Positions 14,209-27,127 of a stretch of DNA of 64,000 nt are shown piece after piece; position 1 is the stretch's first letter; the number at the start of each line of letters is the position of its first letter. Below the pieces are notes generated by a model that was given only the letters and a program-made list of their open reading frames with translations, did not search any database and was not told the DNA's origin. Position numbers and translations under genes: made by a program. Source of the DNA: Eledone cirrhosa (taxonomy: Eukaryota); contig OZ024742.1 in NCBI GenBank assembly GCA_964016885.1, positions 284,394,001 to 284,458,000 of the forward strand. Direction: 5' to 3'.

Positions 14209-15308
14209 ATATTGTTATACTTTGGGAGGGTCATGTTGCCAATAAGAACACACGCACCAGTTGCTTTCACTTCAATTTATTATAATAAATTTATAAATTT
14301 AGGAATTTATAAATTTCCGGTTGGTTGGTTCCACAACCAGATGATTGTTTATATATTGTCAAAGTTCTTTCGGCACACATTCTGTGACCTCTTCAGTGAC
14401 TGGGATTCTTTTCTTTGTTTTTGTGCCTCTCCTTTGTTCTGTCCTACGCCATCTTGTTTTTGTGTGTGTTGTGTGCTTAGTTTGCGCATGTGTTACATCC
14501 GGGTGTCTGTGTGTGTTTATACATTCAAAGACCTCCCTGTATAGATAAGAAATGTATAATCTGTAAATTAAGCCCCCATATTAACTGTAAAACTAAAAAT
14601 GTAGTATATAGCATAAGATGTACTGAAGGACAATGTAGAGATAAGAATATAGTGTACATAGGTGAGACAGCTCGTAGTATAGGGGAACGGATAAATGAAC
14701 ACTGGCGAGACCTTCAAGATAGTAAAGAATCATCTGTACTCTACCAACATGCTAAAATAGAACATAAGGGTAAATTAGAGAACATAGAAATAAAAATAGA
14801 ATCTACACACAGAAAAGACGCAATGTTTAGACAAATCACAGAGGCAATAAACATAAATGAACTCCAACTAAAATTAAATCGAAAACATGAGTGGAACAGC
14901 AACATCACAACTTACAATTAAGGACAAAATGAAAACACACACGCACATAGAACAAACAACCAACTAGTAACATGTAAATAAACAAATAAATAAACAAATA
15001 TAAACACACACAGACACCCGGATGTAACACATGCGCAAACTAAGCACACAACACACACAAAAACAAGATGGCGTAGAACAGAACAAAGGAGAGGCACAAA
15101 AACAAAGAAAAGAATCCCCAGTCACTGAAGAGGTCACAGAATGTGTGACTAAAGAACTTTGACAATATATAAACAATCATCTGGTTGTGGAACCAACCAA
15201 CCACCGGAAATTTATAAATTCCTAAATTTATAAATTTATTATAATAAATTGAAGTGAAAGCAACTGGTGCGTGTGTTTCTTATTGGCAACATGACCCTCC
15301 CAAAGTAT

Positions 15309-15316
<8 letters not shown>
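14209..15316 (+). mobile_element. 5'-truncated Penelope-like element: GIY-YIG endonuclease between ~315-bp inverted pLTR copies
   Basis: ORF 14490..14921 contains CKTKNVVYSIRC..VYIGETARSIGERINEH..LYQH..EAINI..LNRKHEW. 14209-14521 is the reverse complement of ~14998-15316. Confidence 0.9.
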
Positions 15317-15393
<77 letters not shown>

Positions 15394-15534
15394 ACATTTA
15401 ATTCAACTTGTATATTAAATATTAAATGATACATATATATAAATATAGTAAAATGAAAAATATATATTTATTTATAGATAGTATATTATTATATTATTTA
15501 TTATATATAAATTAACGATTTTATTTATTATATA

Positions 15535-16165
15535 CTAGTAGTGGTACCCCGCGTTGTACGGGATAAGGTATTTTGGAACGCGGGCCGCCAACAGACCTAA
15601 TCGTGGAAAAACTGCATGCCTGGACAATATGTAAAAAAAATAAACCGAATACTCTGATGGCTGGATAATCTTTAAGATTTTCCTCGATGAAGCAAGAAAA
15701 ATGCAGGTTTTCTCCTAATGCGGGCCCTAGGGGATCAAGAAAATGAATTTTTTTTATGTGCATAATATGCCTTGAAATTTCGGGAAAATCGGCTAGACGT
15801 AACGCCTCAAAAAAAAGCCCTAAAAAGCTGAAAAAAATGAAGTTTTTCACCTAATGCGGGCCCCAGGGCATAAAAAAGTCGGATTTTCTTTGCTTACGGT
15901 ATGAAAAAGATACTGACTAATACATAGTTAGAATTTCAAGGAAATCAGTCTGACGTAACGCCTCAAAAAAACCCCTAAAAAGCTTAAAAACGCAGTTTTT
16001 CACCTAATGCAGGCCTTAGGGGATGAAAAAGTTGAATTTTTTATGTGCATAACACTCCCTGATACATAAGTAGTACACATGTAAAGTTTGAAAAAAGTCG
16101 GTTGGGTACTTCTTGAGTTTTAGGGATTCAAACTCACAGACACACACACACACACACACACACTA
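15535..16165 (-). mobile_element. Non-autonomous Helitron-like element with three internal ~140-150-bp subrepeats
   Basis: Minus-strand end CCCGTACAACGCGGG hairpin..CTAG|T. TTTT(C)NCCTAATGCRGGCCYYAGGG recurs near 15708, 15843 and 15997. (CA)n lies at the other end. Confidence 0.7.
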
Positions 16166-16169
16166 TACA

Positions 16170-17805
16170 ACGAGGCTGGGGATCAGTTGGAGGCATGGGC
16201 TTTAGCCTATGACAGCTATCTTCTTCATGATGCCAAACAACCTGGCATGTTCCATTCTAGTCACTGGAAGAAGGATTACAACGCAGATCTCTGCTATCTC
16301 TTCAAATCAATCAATGGCCGAGTGATCCAGACATTGATACGGAACTCTTAGACTCTCTTCACTTAGCTAGACATACACCCTAGCAGGAAACGGTGGAAGA
16401 GTTGGATTAGTCTCACTCTAGTAAGTAAGCATGGAATATCCTTTGGCAACTTGGTGCAGCGTCTCCCGTTCGGCCCCACCCACCAAAAGTAACTACTAAT
16501 GTAGTTGCATCATGCCTTCTGCTTAACTCCAAGTTACCTTCAACCAAGGGACGGGGTATGCTAAGAAGTTCGTAAGAATCTCTCAGCAGCCGACTCATCC
16601 TCACCGAAGAGTACCCCCACTTGCTAGATCTTACATCATAAGTGAGATAGATACTGGCTTTTCATTAAACAAAGCCAGGGTCGACAGCATCTATCTTGAA
16701 TTCCTTAAGAACCCCGGTCCAATTGCCCAAGGTTGACTGGCTTCTCTCTTCACTGTCATCCACACAACTGGAGTTATCCCAAAGATCTGGAGAGAAGACA
16801 AAGTCATCACCATCCTAAAACCCGGGAAATCTGCAGACGACCCCGCAAGTTACCAGCCAATCTCACTCCTCTGTATATCTTACAAGCTATTTGAACGGCT
16901 CCTCTTGGTTTGGTTTGGTCCTTTAGTAGAGCCGACCCTGCCTAAGGAGCAAGCAGGATTTAGACAACAAAGGAGTTGCACTGATCAAGTCCTCGCCTTC
17001 ACGACCTTCATCGAGGCTGGCTACCAATGTGGTTTCAAAACAGAGGCTGCTCTGGTCGACCTTTCTTTTGCATACGATACTGTATGGAGACGTAGCCTCC
17101 TTCTGAAGGCCTGTCATATCATCAAGTGCCAGCCAACTGTGAAAATCATTGCCTCCATACTAAGTAACAAAAAATTCAGCGTGTCATTAGACTGTCAAAC
17201 AAGTTCAACCAGAACCCCGAATGATGGCATTCCCCAATGTCCCGTCCTGGCACCAATGCTCTTTAACATCTATGTGAGTGATTTACCCTGTGACAACTTC
17301 GAGGAGATTTGCACACGCAGATGAACTTGCCTTGACTACCCAATCTACGGACTTTGACAAACTCAACTTTACACTCACAGAAGACCTGAAGAACATGGAG
17401 GACTACTATGCCTACTGGAGCCTTCGGCCCAACCCAAGCAATATCACTGTGATAGCTTTCCATCTTAGCACCAGACAAGCTAGGACGGAACTCAAGGTCT
17501 CCTTCTGTGGTCGACCTGTCAAGAATGAACCACACCCCAAATATCTTGGTGTAACATTGGATCACAGCCTGGCCTACCGAGAACACCTAAAGAGGGGTGC
17601 CGGAAAGCTCAAGATCAGGATTAATATCATCCGCAAGTTAGCAGGAAACAGCTGGGGGTCTTATGCACACACACACTCCGGTCTACGTACTTAGCACTTA
17701 CATACTTAGTTGCAGAATACTGTTCAGCTGTCTTAGCAGGGTGTTGCCAGGCCAAGCAAGTTGACACTATTTTCAACTCTGCAATGCGAATAGTATCTGT
17801 GTTCC
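16170..17805 (+). mobile_element. Vingi/Ingi-type (I group) LINE remnant: APE fragment plus RT, frameshifted
   Basis: HDAKQPGMFHSSHWKKDYNADL; LKPGKSADDPASYQPISLL; EQAGFRQQRSCTDQV; VDLSFAYDTVWRR; FAHADELAL (decayed YADD); AFHLSTRQA; KYLGVTLDHSL; RKLAGNSWG. Confidence 0.85.
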
Positions 17806-18270
17806 ATTTGATGGACTGACATCTGTCACAGCTCTCGACCATTTTCTGAACGCTCTGTCTGGTGACGTCAGTGTCAACCTTTCTAGACAAAGAACAGGGT
17901 CCTATCCACTCCCATATGATGCATGAGAGTGGTCTCCTTAGCTCAGAGTCACTCAGCCAACACACTGTAGCTACCCCTCGCACCGAATCCTTTGGCATTT
18001 CCCCCCAGACCTTTTTCATCCTGGTTAAAACGTCCGCTTTATTCCTTTCCGAGGGCACAAATATCACACTCAACCAGGTTGAACTCAGCAGCTAGCTCTC
18101 CCGGAATTCCCAGGTTGCGATTTATTAACACCTCTGTCTCCCCTTTCGTTCGTACACTTCTGTTATTGGTGATCACGGATACAAACCATCCAGTGACTGA
18201 ATCAGTTTGAATCTTTATAATACGTAAACCTCATCGTAGGGCTAGATTCATTTCCTTCAGCACGGCGCCC
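17806..18270 (-). mobile_element. Gypsy-like LTR retrotransposon pol fragment (RNase H end to integrase zinc finger)
   Basis: AVLKEMNLAL..IQTDS..VRTKG; FVPSERNKADVLTR; HHMGVDRT in a shifted frame; VESCDRCQSI. Confidence 0.75.
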
Positions 18271-18303
18271 AAATTGGTTACGGTGTTGTGGTTGCAGTCG
18301 TCC

Positions 18304-18620
18304 TTCACTTCTTTAACATTTTCAAATGTCAACACTTCCGGTTATATTATAACACTTATGAAAACATCGCATATATTTCCGTTGCTAATTTTCTCCTAAT
18401 GCAGTTTATATGTAATATCGTCTTTTTTAAATGTATCACGGATTACCTTACTGATTGCAGAAGTGAGTGTAACATAGACTTCGTTAAATTTATGTGCATA
18501 TTGTCAATTACGATTTTATTTGATGTATCATATCTACATGCATATATATTTGCATATAATATCAATGTGCGCACTACACATACTAGCAGAAAACCACCCA
18601 AAGGGTGATTTTTCTGCTAA
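18304..18620 (+). repeat. Dispersed ~320-bp repeat copy 1 ending in a strong hairpin (Helitron-like 3' end)
   Basis: Closely similar to 21892-22220; ends CTAGCAGAAAACCACCCAAAGGGTGATTTTTCTGCTAAG. Confidence 0.75.
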
Positions 18621-19241
18621 GTACATGTAATATATCTATGCCCCTGTAACATATCATCCATGTCTCTGTAAATCTCATCCGTATCTCTAATATCATGCTA
18701 TTGCTCTCTATATGTTGTATTTCACTTGGACCAACACGTACCTTACGTACCACAGTTACACTTTCAAACTTCCGAATGTCAAGTGATTTTCGCTCATTAT
18801 GTGATGTAGTTTATCAAACAATATACCATCATTACTGATGATAGAGTATCAGACTTTAATCAGTTACTGTCTTTTGGTCAAGATCGGCCAGTTGGCTTGA
18901 GTCAGGTCTTAGCAGATAAAAAATTTCAGTCTTCCTAATGTTTTAAAGTCGAATTTTGGAATTGTGGTGTTAAAAGCATCCACAAAGCTCTAGATATTTA
19001 ATCGCAAACTGTAATGATTCTGAAATATTGGTCGCATATTTCGAGACCATTTGTATAGTAAATGTAGTGATAGTTGGTGGAGAAGTGAAGTGGTAGTTGG
19101 TGGTGGTAGTTAGAGGGAGAGTTTTGTGGTGGTAGTTACTGGGAGATTGTGGTGGTGGTGGTTGGTAATTGTGGTGGTGGTGGTGGTTGGTGGGAAAGTG
19201 TGGTAGTATTTGGTAGGGGAGTGTGGTGGAAGAGTCTAGAA

Positions 19242-19560
19242 CAGTGGTTCCCAACTTTCTATGCCTCATGCCCCACCTCAACATCTCAAACATTTTAATG
19301 CCCCACTCTGATATAAAAACAGCGATGATCAATTACAAAGTGTAAACAAATTGGTGTATGGATGATGCCAGATGCACAATAACATGTGTGGAGGAGGTGA
19401 GACAGGAGTTTCCGACAGTAATTTGTTTTAAAGTTGACTTGGTGTAAAAGTAATAAGATAAAACCTGAAGTTTGCTCTCATTAACATCGTTTTCAAATTG
19501 CTCCCAAGAATATTTAAATTGCTCTCCTGTGGGGCATCTACCCCACGTTGGGAATCACTG
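19242..19560. mobile_element. hAT MITE
   Basis: TIRs CAGTGGTTCCCAAC / GTTGGGAATCACTG; TSD GTCTAGAA / GTCTAGAG. Confidence 0.9.
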
Positions 19561-20237
19561 GTCTAGAGAGTTAAAGAGTGTAGTGGCAGTTCGTGGAGAA
19601 ATGATGTTATGGTGGGAAAGTGTGATGGTAGTTGCTAGGAGAGTGTCATGACAGATAGAACATTGGATAAAATGCATTATAATATTTCTTCCGTCCATCT
19701 GCTCCCAGGGTTCAAATACTGCCGAAGTCAACTTAACATTTCATGCTTTCGCAGTTAATAAATAAAGTTCTAATCTGGACTCGTGGACTGGTGGATTTGT
19801 TAGTATATCGAACGAGATGTCATTCGGTTTCTTTTACGGTCATATGCAATCAAACTTCACCCTCTTCGACCCTTTCCTTTCTTCTTCCCTTGGTCAACAT
19901 TGATGGTGTGGAGAGAGGAGACTTGCTGGATGCATGAACGGTTGACGGTCTTCCGCACACACACACGACCCCCCCCCCCATACACACACTACCAACACCA
20001 CACACACACACACAAAGCCTTGCTTAGGTTTGTGTCTCTCAATGTATCACTCCAGGTGGAGATCCGTGGTCTCATAAGGAATTCGGAGTCTAAGTGCCTC
20101 CTCGCATTTCCCGGAAGGTTGAAAGTATCGAGATCACCGAGTTTGTTGCTACGAATCGTTATGTTACGACTCGTTAAACATGTCAGGATGAAGAGAGGAC
20201 AAGAAGTGGGTGGCGGAGAGTGAGAAAATAAAACAAA

Positions 20238-20317
<80 letters not shown>

Positions 20318-20391
20318 TGGTAGGTAAACTGATAGATGCCTGATTAGATAGACAGACAGATAGATAGAAAGATTGATTAATAAATAGATAT

Positions 20392-21165
20392 GTTTCTTTA
20401 TTAGCCACAGGGGCACAAAAGAAGGGGACAAATACAAAGGGGGAAGTTTACATACAATAAAAACGTGTAAAATATTATCACAAATGCAATTGAAAAGTTA
20501 ATCGATTTTCCCCAATAGGGGGAGACATTTCATATGGGTAACACATACCCCCGAAAAAATGTGCAACCCTCATCTCCAGGAGTACGAAGAGTTTGTACCC
20601 CATTCCTCTCTTCCTCCTTTTCCTCAACCTACAGGCTGATATAGAGAGAAGGCCCATTCACTCGGGCCATTCTCGCCACTTTCACCCACCTTTCATAAAA
20701 TTTGCTGGGGTACAGCACCTCTCTCTCCATCCTGATTCTTCTGGTATTTGAAAAAAAGAATCAGTCGTTGGCCGGAGAGAAAGGTGTCTGACCTCAGCCC
20801 TTTCAACCTTGTCCACCATACAACCTCTTTCGCCATAGCTATCACACAAAGGAAAACCGCCCCTCCTTCGTTTTTGAAGGAGGGTGGCGGTTTGATCATG
20901 ACAATGGACTCGGTGGTCAACCGGATTGGTCCCACCCGCGACAATAGTCGTTCTACATATCCCCACAGGTCGGTGACGCCCGGGCAGTGTATGAATGCGT
21001 GCGCGACGGTTTCTTCGTCTCGCACGCATCTCGGACAGATCTTTTTCGAAGGGTCCCTGCCCGGGCGCCCGTGTCTGTAGAGCTTGTCTCGAACTGGTAG
21101 AGCTCCTCGGTAGCACTGCCAGGCCAGAGACTTTTGGAAGTTGTCCGAAGATAGATAGGGACAAA
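20392..21165 (-). mobile_element. 3' end of a Tx1/L1-like LINE abutting a microsatellite
   Basis: CVRC..EETVAHAFIHCPGVTDLW..AKEVVWWTR (post-RT zinc-binding region). The 3' UTR ends CCCTGTGGCTAATAAAGAAAC next to (ATCT)/(CT)n. Confidence 0.75.
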
Positions 21166-21394
21166 ATAACGAGAGAGAAGCAAGGAACGGTGGGAGATGG
21201 GGAGAAGAGATTGCTGGTTTTTAAAAGAGCATCAGTACTGAATGTATAAGTAAGTGAAAAGGGAAATAAAAATATTAGATACTTATGTAGATATGTATAA
21301 CCAGTGTGTATGACTCAGGAGAGTCAACGGCCATCCAATAAAGTTTTTTTCTTTTTTGTGCAAGAGACTCCTTGTTTTCATTAAAACATCTCTC

Positions 21395-22359
21395 TAGTGG
21401 TTCCCAAGCTTTTTTTCTCTGGGCCGCATTTTCGGAATGAAATTTTGCTCACGTCTCACCAAATTTGATGTGATAAAAATATCACAATGATAAAATCGAT
21501 CAATAATTATTTTTGACTATCTATACTGGGACTCATGCATGCAATTACAAGTAATCATAATATAATTGTTTCTACTTTTGGCACAAGGGCAGCAATTACC
21601 CAGTGCATTACTGGTACTTTATTTTATCGACCCGGTAAGGATGAAAGGCAAAGTTAACCTCGGCGGGATTTGAACTCAGATCATACAGGGAGGTAACTCT
21701 ATGCTTCAAAGCATGGCGTCCGACCCTATACCGATACTGCCAATATAATAAAGGAAGGAGTGCGGGACTGCGTCCTGAATATATTTTTTTTATCCCGTTT
21801 GTAAAATAAGTGGGATTACTTTGAATGAATAACGCATGAATATTACATAATTTATATACTAAATTTCGTAACTTTATTGCTTATTTCAAGATTCACTTCT
21901 TTAAAATTTTCAAATGTCAACACTTCCGGTTAGCGCCCATTATATTGTAACACTTATTACATCGCTTATATAAACGTTCCTATATTTCCGTTGCCAATTT
22001 TCTCCTAATGTAGTTTATATATATAATATCGTCTTTTTTAAATGTATCATGGATTACTTTACTGATTGCAGAAGAGAGTGTAACACACTCTCTCCAATTT
22101 CTGTGCATATTCTCAATTACGACTTTATTTGACGTATCATATCTACATGCTTATATATTTGCATATAATATAAATATGCACACCAGCAGAAAACCACCCG
22201 AAGGGTGATTTTTCTGCTAGTCCATAATACTATTTTATATTTTGAAATCATAATTATTTTTGACATATGAATTTTTTGAACTTTCTAAATCTTTTATTGT
22301 CTTTCAATCATTCCGCCTCCCCTGCTATCCTCTTCTGCCGCACCGGTTGGGAACCACTG
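21395..22359. mobile_element. Probable hAT MITE expanded by nested insertions (SINE 21560-21741 minus; repeat 21892-22220)
   Basis: Termini TAGTGGTTCCCAA / TTGGGAACCACTG; no clear TSD. Confidence 0.55.
21892..22220 (+). repeat. Dispersed repeat copy 2 ending in a hairpin plus CTAG|T
   Basis: Matches 18304-18620; ends AGCAGAAAACCACCCGAAGGGTGATTTTTCTGCTAG. Confidence 0.75.
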
Positions 22360-22733
22360 CCCTAGGAGAAGGTCACTCTGATATAAAACCTGCGACTTCG
22401 TTTGCATCCAATGATGTAGACCAGTTCTTCTTTTGGGGCAAATGAAATCGATGTTCAGAGAGTAGGATTGGCCTCGTGCAAAGCCTTTCTTCAATTAAAA
22501 CAGCTTCAAGCACTGACATCGCTTAATATGTAACATTTTTTGCAATGCATGGTATTGCTGGTCATAGGCAAGTTCTTAGTAGGACTAAAAAGCCACACAT
22601 AAATGCACATATATATATGCATACACATATACATGTACAAATGCATTTGTCGATTAAAGAAATACAAGAAGTTTACACATGCTTAAGTAAATCCATGTTT
22701 GTTACACACACACGCGCGCGCACACGCACACGC

Positions 22734-22771
<38 letters not shown>

Positions 22772-23338
22772 TCCTGCACTAACTACAAGATACCCAATCT
22801 ATGATGGATATTACGCACAGCGTTGAGTGCTTTTATTTTGCATCACGATCTGCTATTGGGAATGACAAGATCTACTTATGAGTTAAACCATTCAACATAA
22901 ACGGAATATTTAGTTCCTGTTACAGTTAAGCGCTTTCTGATGTAATGAGAAATCGAGTCTCTTATCCCACAACACTTATTGCTTTTAGTTACCGTCAGAG
23001 AGATCCTCATAAAGTAACGTACTCCGATTTATAGTGGTAATCTAACACGCGATATCCCTTATTTTCGACTTGATGAGATGGATATTATAAAGAAAAGGAA
23101 GATATAAAAATACCCATATGTACAACTTTTGAAAGCTATTAATTGGATAGATACCGACGAATATAATGAGATGAACCATCACCCTAGGCCGAGGCAACTC
23201 GCTTGAATAGATTCCACCTCATAACATCGACCCGACCGAACACAGCCGACGATATCTCGGTGAATCAACATGATACTCTTTTATCTTACATATGTACTGT
23301 ATTAATTTCTATTGTATATGTTTTTACCATATTATGAC

Positions 23339-23640
23339 CTTCTTCTTCTTCTTCTTCTTCTTCTTGGCCCACTTATTCCTGAGAGGGTCGTGGGAGCAGA
23401 CTCCTCAAACACTCCTTCCAGCAGGTCCTGTCAGAAGTAATCGTCTCCAACTGATTCGGCCGGATCCCCAAGCGTGACCAGCCAACCTCATGGATGTTAT
23501 CCAACCATCTTGCTCCAGGTCTACCCCTGGGTCTCTTGCCGGCTGGTTTTTCCCGTAAAATCTGTTCAGCAATATTTCCAGAGACATTCTAACCACATGT
23601 CCATAGTATCGGAGCTGTGATCTCTTTTATGACATTTCTG
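23339..23640 (-). mobile_element. RTE-clade LINE 3' end with (GAA)n tail
   Basis: Encodes GHVVRMS.. and is homologous to 54560-54800; ends in a (GAA)n run. Confidence 0.8.
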
Positions 23641-23789
23641 ACATAATTGCACACACACTACACGCACTATGCACATAGTGCGTATACCCAACCTTACATG
23701 CCCATGGAAGTTCTCGTACACTCCAACTAACGTACAGACTCTATAACTTTTTATATTATTATAATTTTGTAACTTTGTATCATGATACA

Positions 23790-23942
23790 TAGGTGGCGAA
23801 TTGGCAGAGTCGTTAGAACGTCGGATAGAATGCTTTATAGTATTCGTTCCGGCTCCCTGCTCTTAGAGTTCAAACCCCACCTAGGTCAACTTTGCCTTTC
23901 GAGGTCGATAAAAAAAGTACCAGTCGAGTACTGGGGTCGATT
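23790..23942 (+). mobile_element. tRNA-derived SINE (older subfamily)
   Basis: GGCGAATTGGCAGAGTCGTTAGAACG head, GAGTTCAAACCC B box, AGGTCGATAAAA..GTACCAG core. Confidence 0.8.
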
Positions 23943-24944
23943 CTTCCTCTGTATCTTTTTCTCATTTCCTCTCTCCTTTTCTATCTTTCTCTGGAAGAAA
24001 TCTGCTGTACTCAGACCTGGAGAGGCCAGGCTTAATAATTCCCAAGAAATGCTGTATGTCAATACGGCGCCCCTACAACTCATTCAGGAGTTACGGGACC
24101 ATACATACATACATCATGATATATACTTTAAGTATTATGTGGTGTGGCATATACTTTACAGTTTATATTGTATTTTTATACGTAATTTAAATTTTTTTTT
24201 ATATTATGTTACCCCATATTGACTCTATAGCTATTACCTACTTATTTTTTCAATTAATTAACTACATTTATTTCATTTATGACATTTATTACTACTGTTA
24301 TAATTTTCCACTTTTCGTAACTATTTTCTTTTTGTGATTCATCTACCTTTTATCATTTACTATTCTGATTCTGTCTAATGGTTTCAACATGTGGCGTTGT
24401 TATTGATATTGCTATCAGCAGGAGTTAACGCTATGAATATAGGTAATACATGCTTCATGGGTGTTACTATCGCTTGCTAGAATTATTTGGTACACATTAC
24501 ATCAGAAATCGAATGCTTAGCCGTCTTCTTGGTTACCCATTCAGACTTAATATAGACCCACACATGTACACGAACAGACCTTTTATCCAATTAATTACTT
24601 TCGTTAACTAATTATATTATAATTATAGTTGTTTATTTCCATAATCTGATGCTTTTTATTACTTTTTACTATATTTTTTTAATCTATTTACCTTTATAAC
24701 TATTTACCATTGGTTTCTTCCTTTGTATAATCATCGTAATCTATCTTTATAACACTTTACACTACAAATGTTTATAGCCCTTAAGAGATTCACCGACTCG
24801 CTACGCCGGTTTTCGTCCAGGGACCAACGTTGCTATCGCAGCCTGTATGGTGCCCCCAGACCTTGTTTAAGACACCAAACAAATGATTTTGAGAGGCTTT
24901 ACGGTTAGCTGTGATTGATAGCGTCCAATATCAGCCCACTGCAG

Positions 24945-25320
24945 GAATATGTCGCTGCCGAGCACCCCTTCCTTTAGTTGCCAAACCCATGTAATATAAA
25001 GACCATAGTATACGAAGCAAAGATCAAATACACAAACGCCACAATCCTGAAACCCGTTGAAAATATGTAGGTACGGTCCAGGATCGATCTAAGTTAAGGT
25101 TCTACCCCCCCCCCTCATTTAGACATCCTGACATGAAAACTACCACAGCGCTGGCATAAAGGGTCTGGCACCTAAAAGAAAAAGGAGTACCGCACGACAT
25201 TACAGGAAAAGTACTGGAAAAGTCCACACTATACAAAAAAAAACGGAAGGAAGAGATGCCAGGATTTATACTCACAGGAAACATACCTAAACTCTAAGAT
25301 GGCGGTCTTTAGTCGTTGGT
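24945..25320 (+). pseudogene. Decayed PLE GIY-YIG endonuclease fragment, same type as 60734-61150
   Basis: Manual translation across frameshifts: NPCNIKTIVYEAKI..KYVGT..KLRFY..SFRHPDMKTTTALA*RVWHLKEKGVPHDITGKVLEK. Confidence 0.65.
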
Positions 25321-25724
25321 TGCACCAGAGGGCCCACCTTTTATCCAACTGGAAGCCCACACCACATGATGTCCTCTCACCAGGCCTGCTAAACTCTCCA
25401 TGATACTATCCCTCTGTTACTTTTCAACGAACTCATTACACCCACACTAAATAATAATCTGTTGAAAGAGAGTATTACAACATTACATTGCAACCTAACG
25501 ATCAAACTTACAATCAACTTCAGAGTTTAACCGCTGAGGTGTTAAAGGTTTTAGGTAATTAGCACGCAATTTATACCGCATGCATACTACACACAGATAG
25601 CTTTAAAATGACAGTTCAAAACACTCCGGAAATACGTTCCTTGTTTCCCATTGAACCTCTTCGCTATTTAGAACCAAATTCAAACATATCGATTCAAAGC
25701 AAATTGCACGTACTTCTCTGTACA

Positions 25725-26142
25725 TATAATTGTTTCTACTTTTTGGCACAAGGCCAGCAATTACCCAGTGCATTACTGGTACTTTATTTTATCGACCCCG
25801 TAAGGATGAAAGGCAAAGTTAACCTCGGCGAGATTTAAACTCAGAATGAAAAGGGCCGTAACTCTATGCGTCAAAGCATGGCGTCCGACCCTCTACCGAT
25901 ACTGCCAATCCACCGCCATATAATGATGTAATATTATAATCTACTGGTTAAGGGCGGTAGTTTGGCAGTATCGGTAGAGGGTCGGACGCCATGCTTTGCA
26001 GCACAGTTACGTCCCTTTACAGACCGATTTCAATTCCCACCGAGGTTAACTTTGCCTTTCATCCTTACGGGGTCGATAAAATAAAGTACCAGTAATACAC
26101 TGGCATAATTGCTGGCCCTGTGCCAAAAAGTAGAAACAATTA
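25725..26142. mobile_element. Two full-length young SINEs head-to-head (25725-25918 minus; 25952-26142 plus)
   Basis: Both match the ~190-bp consensus. ATTATAATCTACT is duplicated around the second copy. Confidence 0.92.
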
Positions 26143-26519
26143 TAATCTACTGATTTTGGGAAGTTATTTCCCATCTTTATTTTTGACTAGAACTCTTTAA
26201 CGAACTATGACCATTATTTGTGGAGTAACAGTTTTTTTCTTCTTTAAATTTGTCTTTGCGCCCAACGAGAGAAGCTAGTTTTAGAACGGCCCCTACGCTA
26301 CACAGCGGTGGCATAACTGGCTTCAGAAACCTAAGGTCAGACATTCATGTTAAATGTCTGAAATTTAATATAAACTAAATAAGCTCTCTTGTACTTGATT
26401 GAGTATTGTTTTCTTTTGCCTTTATTTACGGATATCCTGTATATATACACACATACTAACACACACACACACACACACACATTATGTATGTATATATGTA
26501 TATATAGATCTATATATAT

Positions 26520-26556
<37 letters not shown>

Positions 26557-26714
26557 TAATGTATGGGATAAGTGGCGGAAGAAATGAATAGAATAAAAGA
26601 AAAGAAAAAAAGAAAGAAAAGATAAAAAGAAGAGGCCGTGTGAAATGAGGATGTTTGTAAGGTGATAACTATAATGAGCTTCAAGGGAGTTGAAGGGGTT
26701 GCATGTCAGCTGGG

Positions 26715-26840
26715 AGGAGAAGAAGAAGAAGAAGAAGAATAAGAAGAAGATTTTATGGTCGGATGTGGAACGGATTGCTTGCTGATATCAGTAGTAGTAG
26801 TAGTAGTAGTAGTAGATGTTACAGTGGTGGTGGTAGTAGT

Positions 26841-26900
<60 letters not shown>

Positions 26901-26965
26901 TGATGTTGTAGTAGTAGTAGTTGTAGTAGTAGTAGTAGTAGTAGTGTAGTGTGGTAGTATTAGTA
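26715..26965. repeat. (AGA)n/(AGT)n/(AGC)n microsatellites
   Basis: Direct reading of the sequence. Confidence 0.95.
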
Positions 26966-27127
26966 TGCCTGTGTAGTGTTGTGAACAACGAAAGTTATAG
27001 TTGAAGGCTAAGAATTAAAAACTGAAAACAGAAATCAAAATAAAACAAGCCGCCGCCGCCGCCGCCATCACGGTGGTCTATAATAGAAGAGGCATTAAGT
27101 CAGGACCACTACGTGTGATGTCCAGAT

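Noticed and set aside
17627-18073. ORF looking like a single 148-aa protein
   Set aside because: It is a chimera of a Gypsy fragment reading into antisense Vingi sequence at the ~17805 junction.
18830-18870. CTGATGA plus a short stem; similar partial motifs at 2615, 8093, 25533 and 30776
   Set aside because: The GAAA core or the flanking stems are missing, and some lie within SINE or LINE remnants.
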